Assembly: GCA_001949185.1 (NCBI GenBank)
Contig: BDGG01000008.1
Coordinates: 434,001-498,000, forward strand
Source: Ramazzottius varieornatus
Taxonomy: Eukaryota > Animalia > Tardigrada
Reading direction: 5' to 3'
Length of the DNA: 64,000 bases
Both the position numbers and the translations under genes were made by a program. Positions 11,832 to 22,343 of this stretch are shown one piece after another. Each line of letters starts with the position of its first letter. Positions within the stretch are counted from its first letter, which is position 1. The notes under the pieces are model-generated. The model was given only the letters and a program-made list of their open reading frames with translations. It made no database searches and was not told the DNA's origin.

Positions 11832-13077
11832 CGTGAGTACGTCGAAAGGTTCTAACAACCAAAAATGGCTGCTGTCGACAGTGATAAGGAACGGACTAAT
11901 ACTGCAGTAAAAGTAATCATCAGGTCGCGCGGAGATCGTTTTGGTATTCCGCGGCCGTTTGACCGAACATCTAGTTATCCATCGGAAGAAACGCCCTGAA
12001 AAACAGCAGACAGCAAAAATCAAAAATCTACTCATGAAAAGGCGGACATGTAGTAATATTCAAAGGACAGTTTTTGTATGTCAGTCGAAGAGCGATACGT
12101 ATTCCGTAACGTTTTCAACGAGCTGTATTGTCTGTTGTCTGCGGCGAGCTCGAACAGTACACCCCCAACCGAAGCAAGGCTAACACGTTACTACATCCAA
12201 TGCCATTCGGGGAACAACAGCACAATGGCGTACACTCATACCCCAATACATATTACGGATTTATGAACTCACAATTAATTACCTCTGGCGTAACGCTTCT
12301 AACAGCTCCGTGTTGTAAGTAAACAAAATACCGTGGGCCGTAGGTCCTTTGCGCTTCAATTAGGTCCAGGGAACTCAGCGGGACGGAAGCCATACATAAA
12401 CCATTTCACACCGTGTGTTATCAAATCCAATGATAGGCGTCAAATTTGAGGGGAAACTGCAACAATTTTTGAAATTATTATAGGTCGACAAAGCTCATAA
12501 CGGATAACTCGGAAACGCGATGAGGTAATGCTGTAATCATAAATCTAAAATTACACAAAACGAGCTCGAAATGTGGCAGCTTTGAGTTGAGTCTTGAGAC
12601 TTGCACAGTGGTGATGTCGCTTTCAAAATGCTTACATGAAGAATCATTTGATTTTCAGAATATTTACTCTTCTCGTTCGCTGATACACTGACCTTATTCT
12701 TACGTGTGAAGCATCAGAATGTGTCCTGCCCAACGGCCAATGCGCCGCACCTGCACGAAAGCCTACAGATTCGTCCGCGGTCTACGAGTCCGCCGAGTGG
12801 TACTGCGCACTTATGTAGGTACAGTATGTGACGTCGCGCCAACCGGTTATTTTATTTCCTTTTGCTTCTCAGGGATGGAGGACTGCAACGAGATAACCTT
12901 CGTCAGCTTCTTGATCACAAAGAGATACCTAAGAACAACCATAGCATGAGGAGCGAGGGAAAACAACAACATGGGACCAGCCTAATGAAAGATATTACAT
13001 AAGAACTTAAAATGCGCGCACCTTAAAAACTTCGATATTCCACCACATTCCGAAAGACTCAGCCAGCGAAAAAGTAG

Positions 13078-14106
13078 TCACTCGATCTGTTTCTTTTTGG
13101 ATGGGTTGAATGTGGCACTCGCTGCTGGAAGGATCTTGACGACCTCGGACGATCCTGGAGCACTCAGCAGATTTCCATGGTTCTTAACCAAGTCCGTAAG
13201 TGCCGATCTACTGAACTTCCCTTCCGCGTCCACTGGGGTTTTCAGAACTTTCTGCGCCGCGTGAAGCGAATCTAAAGCAGCCGGATGGAACCTATTCGGC
13301 TGCGACAGGAAGGACTTTAGGTTGCCGTCCGCTTTCATATCCGTAAAACGCAGAAAATCTTCGATGTCCACTTCGTCCGTGGTGAAAGACAGCGCTGGAA
13401 CTTCGGTCGTTTTTTCCTTTCTCGCTTCGTCCGAGCGTATCAAAGCTCCGTCGAGTAGTTTTCCGGGGAATAGTCCGTGAATTCTTTGTAAGAACTCGGT
13501 CAAGTTCTCCCCAGGAAGGCCGGACAGAGCGCTGTAAGCTGCAATCAGACTGGGTAGTCCTCCGCCGGCTAGAACGACGGGACGCAAAAGACTTGCGTTC
13601 AGTTCGTTTCCATGTAGCTGTTGGAAAATCAGGCGAAGCGCATGACACTCTTCCGAGTTCTTTGCTCTGGCGTCTCTCCCTCGATAGTATGAACATCCTT
13701 CAGAAGCGAGGTAGTTGAGATCATAGCCCCTTTTGCGAGCCTGGAGTAGTGAAGCGCCGGAGTGAATACTCGACTGCATAGTACATGTCGCGATGTTGAA
13801 GTTCTTGACAGCCACTAGCTCCGATGTGCCAGACTCATTCTGCGGAACTAGAGATACACATGATAAACCCAAAGAGTGAATTTCATGGGAAAGGCTGAGC
13901 GTGGAGCAGCGGATGAAGAAGTCCGAGATAGTTTCGGTGGACCGGAAGTGCGGTGGATCGTGATCCCAGTTACAGTGAACAGCTAACGTAACGAACACTG
14001 AGTTCTCTAGACATCTCCGGATCAGTTCAGCATAGCGCCCAAGAGTCTGCCGGTTGATCTCCAGAAAGCCTAGAATACTTGTGCTGGAATCGGAGCCTGG
14101 TGTCAT
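13078..14106 (-). CDS. Divergent TOE1/CAF1-family (DEDD) deadenylase-like protein; N-terminus may extend into upstream exons near 14145-14260
   Basis: Block order matches TOE1: EINRQTL..LIRRCLENSVFVTL, IHSLGLSCV, KNFNI, GYDLNYLASEGCSYYRG, RPVVL, LPGENLTEFLQRIHGLFPGKLLD, HPAALDS. Confidence 0.65.
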   Translation of the reverse strand: MTPGSDSSTSILGFLEINRQTLGRYAELIRRCLENSVFVTLAVHCNWDHDPPHFRSTETISDFFIRCSTLSLSHEIHSLGLSCVSLVPQNESGTSELVAVKNFNIATCTMQSSIHSGASLLQARKRGYDLNYLASEGCSYYRGRDARAKNSEECHALRLIFQQLHGNELNASLLRPVVLAGGGLPSLIAAYSALSGLPGENLTEFLQRIHGLFPGKLLDGALIRSDEARKEKTTEVPALSFTTDEVDIEDFLRFTDMKADGNLKSFLSQPNRFHPAALDSLHAAQKVLKTPVDAEGKFSRSALTDLVKNHGNLLSAPGSSEVVKILPAASATFNPSKKKQIE

Positions 14107-14938
14107 TCCGTTTGTGAGTCCCCGCTTTTGCTCGTTGTGCTCCGGCTGAAAAGACAGTTCCAGTATTACCTAATACACGAACACTCACCACTCCTGGCGT
14201 ACAGCGGATGACCTTGCAGCCTGGGCCAACTCGGTGGATGCTCAGTCTGTAATCGGTACCTGCAAAGAGAGTTGGGAAGAAAACAGGGATCCCTGGATGT
14301 GTAAGGAAGTCAGAACCGGAAATGGGATAGCGGTGTTAGAGATTTTGTTGTGGTTTCAACTGGTTTGGATTTCGAAATTTCTGTAGAGAGTCTGTAATAA
14401 TTTGCCTGTATCTGTTCCCCAGGGGTATTCTAATCTGGTGCTCATGAGGCTGACCGGGCCCGTCCGGGTCCAGTTTTCGGTTCCAAAACTCCGGCCCTGG
14501 CAGGCGGCACTCGCATCTGGAAAACCGGTCCCCCCTCACCCTTTTGCTTTATCAGTTTATCTACTCTACGACTTACAAAAATGGGGTATATTGTTGACCT
14601 TTTTATTTAAAAAATGAGCAGTGGGCAGAGTAGATCAGTAAGGCGGGGCTAGTTTAAGAACTATGGAACGGCAACGAAATAGAAGCTGTCTTTAACTAGC
14701 CAATCAAGATTGTCGAAATTGGTGATTCTGTGCTCTCATTGGTCATCTACGGATATTCTTTAATTTCATGCCCCCGCCATATGATGTCATCTGGCCGCGC
14801 CTTACTGATCTACTCTGCCCACTGCTCAAATCTTCTTGCTTGTTTACCCAAGTTTGCTTCTGCAGCAATGATCTTCCTCTTGTGAGACGTAGCTCCGTCA
14901 TCTGGATACCTTCTTCGCGAGAGCGGCGCTTTGTGACG

Positions 14939-15976
14939 ATGGGGAACCAGCAAACCACGCGTCGCGTGCAGTTCGAGCGGGAGCAGACGGGCCTGATTGC
15001 GGTAAGAGTCTTGATTCCTGACTATCTCATCCTCCCTAAGGTGCTGAACCGTGGGTTGCAGTACTAGAGTTATTGTTTTCAGATTTCGGATAGTGTTGCG
15101 AAGCGGCTTCGGGATGCTGAACAGCAAGGAAAAGGCAACGAGCAGAAAGAACAAGCGCAGCAGGCTGACTCCAGCCGCTCCACTACTACAACCCCAAAGG
15201 CCGAGAAGACGGAACAACCATTAAAAGAAAACGCAGCATCCAGCGCGACGAAACAGCCTACAGACTCTCCTTCAACCACCCGCCCAACATCTCCCTTCAT
15301 TTCACCGTATACCTCGTCAAATTTCCTACCTCAGTCGCCCATGAATTCGACCTTCATTTCAGAACCTAAAAGTTATGGTGGAAAGGTAGAGCAGCAGGAC
15401 AACAGCAAGGAGCTCGCCCGGCTGGAACGAGAGTGGCAAGAGAAATATAAGCGGCTTGAAAGCGACGTAAGTTTTAGATTTTGAAATTGCTGACGCTAAG
15501 GCAGTACGAGATAGCTAGGCGAAACATGTGTAGGTGTGTATAGTTTTCCCATGTTTCTTTGCAGAACGATAGGATAAAGCTGACTTATACGGAGGAGTTC
15601 AATCGGGCTGTGAAGGATGTTGAGACGATTCTTGAGTAAGCCATACAGTAATTCTCCTGCTGTACCAGATTACCAGTGTTTGACTGGCTTCTGTTCAAGT
15701 TGTCCAAGAGAATGCGTTTCCAGGGCGACGCATTACCTTCCTCCTGGAAAATCCGAGTTGCAGAAAGCAGTCATGGACTGCTACAAAAAAAACACCTCCC
15801 GGTCCCTCAACTGCGCTCGAGAAGCTGAGGCGTTTATCAGACACATGGATGAACATAGAATGGTGGGTGAACCTTCTGCCCATTTTGGCACTTGTTGTGC
15901 TAGATCATTCATCCGATGAATGAATTTTACTAATGATTTTCTGTTTCAGGGTTTTCTGAACAAACAGGTGTTTTGA
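14939..15976 (+). CDS. CHCHD3: MICOS subunit MIC19/CHCHD3-like, 5 exons
   Basis: Myristoylation-type start MGNQQTTRRVQFERE|ISDSVAKRL, a coiled coil, and C-terminal ELQKAVMDCYKKNTSRSLNCAREAEAF. Confidence 0.8.
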
Positions 15977-16661
15977 TGGCCCATCAGGGTCGGGTGAGAC
16001 CGTGCGGGACTCGTGGAGGAGGAACCTGTGGAGTCTGAAGCTGACAGCGGTAATGTGTTTCAATTTTATTTATTATTGTTGCTACTTACAGCTCTTTTGT
16101 CGGTTGAGTGTGATAACGGCTAACTTCCGAAATCGGAAAGTTCTGGACGTATTAAAGTTTTAGAATTGGTAGATTGGCTGTAGCTCACAAAATTTATGGG
16201 AGATTTTCAGGGTACTGCAGTAAATTGGGATGACAGTTTCAGCTGGATACCGACATACAGTCCGTACAGAGTTCTAGGCAGGTTCTGCGAACTGATCTTT
16301 CTCGATGAATGGGCCCTCCAGTCAATTCTTTCAAGTCTGTTTTTCTGCACAATCGTTCATTAATCAGGCGACATAGAGGCACGCACATTGTAGTTTAACT
16401 GTCCATAGAAGTCTGACGGGCATAATGGTCGTCGAATTGTGTCAAAAGTACTTTTTCACCGAGCTCTTGATGAGGTAGACATAAACACTACCGCTATACG
16501 TAAGGCTGGAGGGCGATCCGTGAGACAAAGCCCAGTGTCTATAACGCTGCTGCAGAATCAGTGGTCTTCAGCTATTATCCGTAGTCGTCAGTATACCTGT
16601 GGCTCGTTTTCTTGCTAAAACTCTTCTCAGACTTTTCGAACTACTGTACCTGAAACCAGAG

Positions 16662-17585
16662 ATGGCAAAGCTTACTGCTTATGTGGGGATCTTTGGATGC
16701 CTCCTCGTTACGGCTTTCGCCGCTGACAGCTTTACACCGATTCTAAGCCTGCAGCAGGGATGTGAAGTGGCAGGAGTCAAGTGTCATGGACTTCCGGGTT
16801 CCTGCGCGAATGGAACGGACACGCCTTGTGAGGTGATGGCAAAGGTGTCGTCTCTCTCCGACAAAACCGTTCACGTTCAACTGGAAGCTCGAGCGAACCA
16901 GACAAACCTTCGCCTAAAGATGGACAGTCGATGGATCGCCGTGGGATTCAGTAACGTAAGTTTGATTGACTTCCGGCTTATGTATGGCTCCATTTTGAAA
17001 AACATTATACTGTAATCAAAAGCAATGACCGCGCTTTTTCTCTGCTAATTGAACTCGATCGCTACAGAGTGGCATGATGCCGGATACGGCTGTGGTACAC
17101 TGTTTCCGGGACGAGAATGGAACAGCGATCGCCAAATTGACGTACAACATTCCCGACGGACACTTCAACATTGGCTGGAAGACCGTGGATGTAAGTTAAC
17201 CTGGTTCCCCGTGTGTTTTTTGTTGTAAAATGTAGTCGAAGCCAGGAATGGTACGCCTTGTGACGTACAACCGAAGCGTTGATTCGTTTTATAGCAATCG
17301 CCGCTGGAGGTGTTGAGCGTGGAGCCAAGCTATGACGGTATCAAATGTGCGGTCAACCTGTCGAAAAAGTTCAAGATTCAAAACAGCGACTTCGACCTCA
17401 GTTCAGCGCACCATCTGTTGGCGGCAACCGGACCACTTGTTGACGGTAAGGGGACGGCGGTGCACTTTTTCCCATGATGATTCTTGAATTACAGATGAAA
17501 GAACAACGGCTTCGTTCTTAATGTAGGTGCCATCAATCGTCATGACAGAAAGCCGGAAATCACTGCAGATACCGTGTCATTCTAG
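16662..17585 (+). CDS. Secreted stand-alone DOMON-domain protein 1 (FRRS1/SDR2-type DOMON), 4 exons
   Basis: Signal peptide; Cys-rich GC..KCHGLPGSC..C; RWIAVGFSN|SGMMPDTAVVHC; FDLSSAHHLLAATGP; AINRHDRKP. Confidence 0.8.
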
Positions 17586-18125
17586 GATATTTGACTGAAA
17601 TCCGTAAGCATTGCTTTTCCTTTGGGAGTCGTTTTTCTTCGATGGTTTTCTATGCTTTGCTTTTTATTCTTGATGTTCAAACTTTGTCTGGGCTTTGGAG
17701 TGGAATCGCAGTGGCGTTTACTTGTTGGTTTTTCCGTTCCAGTACACCATCTTGGTTGCTGAACCGTGTTTTCCACCGCTTTCTGTAAGAACTCAATATG
17801 GTTTCACTTTTGATTTCACCAGAGAGAACTCGGTCCGTATGCGTAACGGACATCGGTCGTGCTCGACCTAACCCTAGATATCGCCTTGCGGTAATTACAT
17901 CGGTGGACGAGGAAAAATGTTTTCCGGTTATTTTGTCCACTCGAGCAATGACATCGTGATGAGAGGTGGAACGTGCTCTGAATACTGCCGCCACCTCCGC
18001 TGAAATCCGACCTTCCACATAACATTCATGTAGACCATTATATAACCAGCATTAGGTAAAGTCATAACTAGAAAGTCATTGCATAACTCTGCGTTCGGTT
18101 CCTTCACCATTTTAGCCGGTAAGTA

Positions 18126-18909
18126 ATGGGTTTCTTATGGGAACTGTTATTGCTCGGTCTTCTTCCGGTTGTCCTATGCGTCCATGATCTGGTTACAAGC
18201 TGTGTAGCTGGTGCTAAAGGAAAGCATTGCATCACTCGACCACCGGACTGTTTGAGTACTCCGAAGACATGTACGCAGGTCGCCGCAATATCAGTGGGAG
18301 CGGCAGGGAATCTCCATATTGATATCAGGGCCAAAGGACCCTTAAGGAACCGCTGGGTCGGATTGGCTTTCTCTGATGTGAGTTGGTCGATCATCTGATT
18401 TCACGAAGTGAACTTCCTTGTCGAAGTATTCTCGTGGCTTTTCTAGGATGACCATATGGGAAACGATGGTGTGATCCACTGTGTCCAGAATGACACGACA
18501 GCCGTGGCGCTGCTAACATACAACATGGAACACAAGAACATTGGAACAGTGGGAGTGGATGTAAATGCCATTCTACCGATGGGTTTTTCGTTTGAAAGTT
18601 GTTCCTGATGTGATACTGAGTGTTTGCTTTGCAGCAAAAGTATCTTCACCCACTGGATCTGAAAGCCGAGGACGATAGTCTTCACTGCAGCGTGGACCTG
18701 GACCGAAAGTTCAAAATCAAGAGTCAGGAATTTGATCTTTCAAGTCCACATTACCTCCTGTTCGCCACAGGACCAGTGAGAGCAGGTAGTCATTTGAGAA
18801 ACTCCAACATATTTTATAGGAAGTATATGTAAAAGGGTTTCTAATTGCAGGAAAAATCGTACCGCATGACAAGAATCCGATCGTCAGCACCGACGCTTAT
18901 TCCTTCTAG
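18126..18909 (+). CDS. Secreted stand-alone DOMON-domain protein 2 (tandem paralog), 4 exons
   Basis: Signal peptide; RWVGLAFSD|DDHMGNDGVIHC; FDLSSPHYLLFATGP; KIVPHDKNP. Same intron positions as paralog 1. Confidence 0.8.
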
Positions 18910-19499
18910 ACTTTCTATTGTTGTCAGCGGTTGTCGTCGTCCGAAGAACTTTTGTCGGTTGCACAACTGCCGCTTTAACTTATTGATCTATTTGATGCAA
19001 GATTGAATGTGCGATTTGTATCCGCCGTGTCGACGTACTAACTCTGTAAATTGTTATTTCCTCCCTGTTGTGATGAATGACGGCCAGATGCATCAAAGAT
19101 CCTCGCGCTGATCCAGCTCTTCACGAGTGGTCAAAAGCCATATCGATTCGGACAGTCAATTTAGAGTCCTCGCATGATAAGCTACACGTACATGCACGCC
19201 GGGAGCGCTTATGTGAATATCGATTCGAACCTTAGAGTACCTGTCGCAGTAACCACTTCTCGGTACCAAGGTTCATCGATCGGCGGACAGTTTCGCGACA
19301 GTCCCGCATCCCAATGTGCTGAGGTCGCAGTGATGCAGTGGAAGCTCTCGAGTGCTGACAGTCTGGCTGAGTTCAGTTGCCACTTAGCACTGATCGGATC
19401 TTCTAATGTCATAACTTATCCGATCAGACCTTCTATGATGTACTAACTTCATAAACAAAAAACCAACCCAAATTTTGTTGGCTAGGCCGATATCCGGAG

Positions 19500-21276
19500 A
19501 TGTCGGGCAGTATAAACAACGATGACATCCAAGATGTGCCGTCGGACTATGAGGAAGATTTTGAAGGCGACAACGATCCACAAGGTAAGCGCAACCACTT
19601 TAATGGACCACCATGCACGAAGTATGTGGGGTCTGAAAACGTCAGAAAGTTATGTTCATGATAGTTTATCATTCATGAACATGATTTCAGATGCGGTGGT
19701 GGAGGACAGGGACCCAAAGCCTTACGTGGATGATGTAGACGAGTTCTTCGGACCGACCAGAGCGAAGTCAGTTACCACTTCGAAGAAAGCCGACGTCGAC
19801 GCTGGGAATATCGCATCGCCTAAATATTTTGTACCCGGAGAACCGGGTCAATCCTGCGTCGAACCCTTGACCTCAGCCGGGAGCGTCAGCTTACCTGATT
19901 CCAATCTTGCTGCCAAGAAATTTCCGAGTCCTGTTCCGATCAGGCACGGTGAGCTGGATGCCAGTGGTACAATGTTTAAGATCCCAACAGTGGACCATGA
20001 GGCGGCTGACCACTTGGGGAACGAAGGAGATTCCAGAAGCTCGACGCCGTCTTGGCCACTTCCCAGTCTTTCATCACGTCCTGGAGAAAGAACTGTTGAA
20101 CACAAAGAACCTTCACGTCGAGCGACCTCTGTTCAACCTCCTTCAACTACGAACAACGGAGCAGCAGATGGCCACGACAACGACGACGATTTTCCACCTG
20201 AGGTTGTGCTCCGATCCGAAAACCCAGTCAGAACACGAACACTGAGTCCCGATTTGGAACCTTCGTCTGACAAGAACGGCTCGAAGTCCCCATCAGTACG
20301 CGTACTCATACGAAAGGCCAAGTTAATCCCCGCCGGAGAGCGACTTACAATTGCCCCTGGGACGAACGAGTGGCAACCTGTAAAGAGAAAACCACCGGTT
20401 CCCCGACTGGGACGGCGTCGAACAGGTAGCGGTACACCGGGAGAACGAAGCACAGCAGAGGTGTCCCAGACTGCTTCGAGAAATATTGGTGATGGCAGTC
20501 GCCCTTCCCGACTTTTCTCCACCGGAATACCCCAGTCAAAGTCTCGACCAAGCTCGACGTCCGCCAAAGAAGACGACGATGATCGATCGCGACGGGACAG
20601 AAGTAACCAGGAAGAAAGATATCAACTGGCCAGGAAAAAGGCTGTGGACAGACTGAAGCAATGGAAGGACAAGAAAGCGGCGGCGGATATTGCCAATCAG
20701 GAAGGCACCCATAAACCTGGGTTTGACAGCACTTACACACTCAGGCAAGAAGATGACATTCGGGAGGAACCACCAAAGCTTGATATCCGACAGCGTCAGC
20801 GATCAGTCAAGGTACCAAGATTTTCCCGGTCAAACAAACTGTCTGCGGTGGAGAACCCAAAAAGGGCCAAGAGTAGTTCGAAATCCCGGCCGTCGACTTC
20901 CGGCCTGAGTCGGGCTCGTGGTACGTCGGCTGGCATACCTTTAGGAGCTTCCGTCCTCTCGCAGTACAACCAGCCACTTCCTGATCTGCTACAAAAACGA
21001 TTAGTGGACTTCACAGTGAATGACTCGAAACATTCTCCAAAGACAAGCTACTGGCTTTTCCAAGAAGCGTTTCCAGAATTATTCTGGCTGCCGGATTCAG
21101 TGCAACGCGAAGAGCTGGGATCTCTGCTGGTGGGAAGCGCTTTCGATCGACGAAAGGAGAAGATGGATCTCTTCGACCGAATGTTATATTCGACTCCTGC
21201 ACCAACTCCCCCGAATATACTACGGGTCCAGTACGATGATAAGATTCGTCAAAATTCCCGGTATAGAAATAAGTAA
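19500..21276 (+). CDS. Large intrinsically disordered S/R/P/D-rich protein of unknown function; probably continues into exons near 21360-21460 and 21657+
   Basis: Exon 1 MSGSINNDDIQDVPSDYEEDFEGDNDPQ|gtaagc splices in frame to TTTCAG|ATGCG at about 19691, followed by about 1.6 kb of open frame. The 3' structure is uncertain. Confidence 0.65.
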
Positions 21277-21859
21277 AAGTTTGAAACGACGGAATCACAT
21301 TCTACAGTACCCTATCAGCGTGAAACGATATAACCTCTTGTGTATTCACTGCAATGCAGGCCTCTGTACAGGCTCGTTGATACACTGGAGCCTGTACAGA
21401 GTCACAATCACACAATCAAGCGTAGTCAGACAAGACAGGGCGGACTTTTCCTCTTGATCGTGAGTTAGCCCTTGGTTGACTAGGGCCGACTTTTGTAACT
21501 TTAGTTCCGCCGTTGATTTTGGACATCATTGATTGACTGGGGAAATGTGTATCAACGCGCACTTTCAATGCAGTGAATACACTAGAGGCAATATCGTTTC
21601 ACTCTGACCGTATACAGCATGATCATCAAAGTACAACTTTGTGGGCTCTTTTGCAGAGGAAACTCACCGATCAGTTGCACTCGACCATCCTCCACTACAA
21701 CTGCGGCTCGAAGTAATTCGCAGCTGGAACATCGCTCCTCAAAGGAAAACCATTCGGATGGTTTAGACCAGGTCAGAAGGGAGGAAGCTGCAGTCAAGAA
21801 CCAAGCCTTGGTTAAAGCGGCTGAAGTCGGCGACTTTTCTCCAGCGGGCTTGCAGAAGG

Positions 21860-22003
21860 TACTGTACACTGTCTTACCGAGATACACCCGACATACGCCG
21901 GGTATGCGCCCCCCGGGAAGGGCAGCTTCGTATTGTTATCGTACACCGGGGGTGCATGCCCGGGGTATGTCGGCATTGTCGGGTATATCTCGGTAGTACA
22001 GTA
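21860..22003. repeat. GC-rich inverted repeat (hairpin), unrelated to the intronic family
   Basis: Left arm TACCGAGATACACCCGACATACGCCGGGTATGCGCCCCCCGG pairs with right arm CCGGGGGTGCATGCCCGGGGTATGTCGG(CATTGTCGG)GTATATCTCGGTA; outer TACTGTAC/GTACAGTA. Confidence 0.8.
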
Positions 22004-22343
22004 ACACAACTATGCACTCTCGCCGATGTGGAAACCTGCTACGAATTCCAGAGAGTACGCAAATGCTCTTTGTAGGTTATCGACGATTTCTATGGCTTCT
22101 TCTGCAACAAAACAAAAATCCCTTCGACATTATCAGCAGAAAGAGTGGGACTCATACTGGCCGATGTTTACGACGAGCTAGTTGCAATCTGACGAAAGCG
22201 GTATAAAACAGACAACGAACGTTTTACATGGTGTTCTTTTGGAACTATTATTCTTGGAACACAAGACGGTGGTGAATAGAATATTTTGAAGCAAAAGATA
22301 AGCCCGAACCGTTCACGAAAACTGAAGTCATGAGAATGAAAAG

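Noticed and set aside
21619-21996. 125-aa ORF as an independent gene
   Set aside because: Its 3' half is the GC-rich inverted repeat, and its 5' part overlaps a probable terminal exon whose frame is ambiguous.
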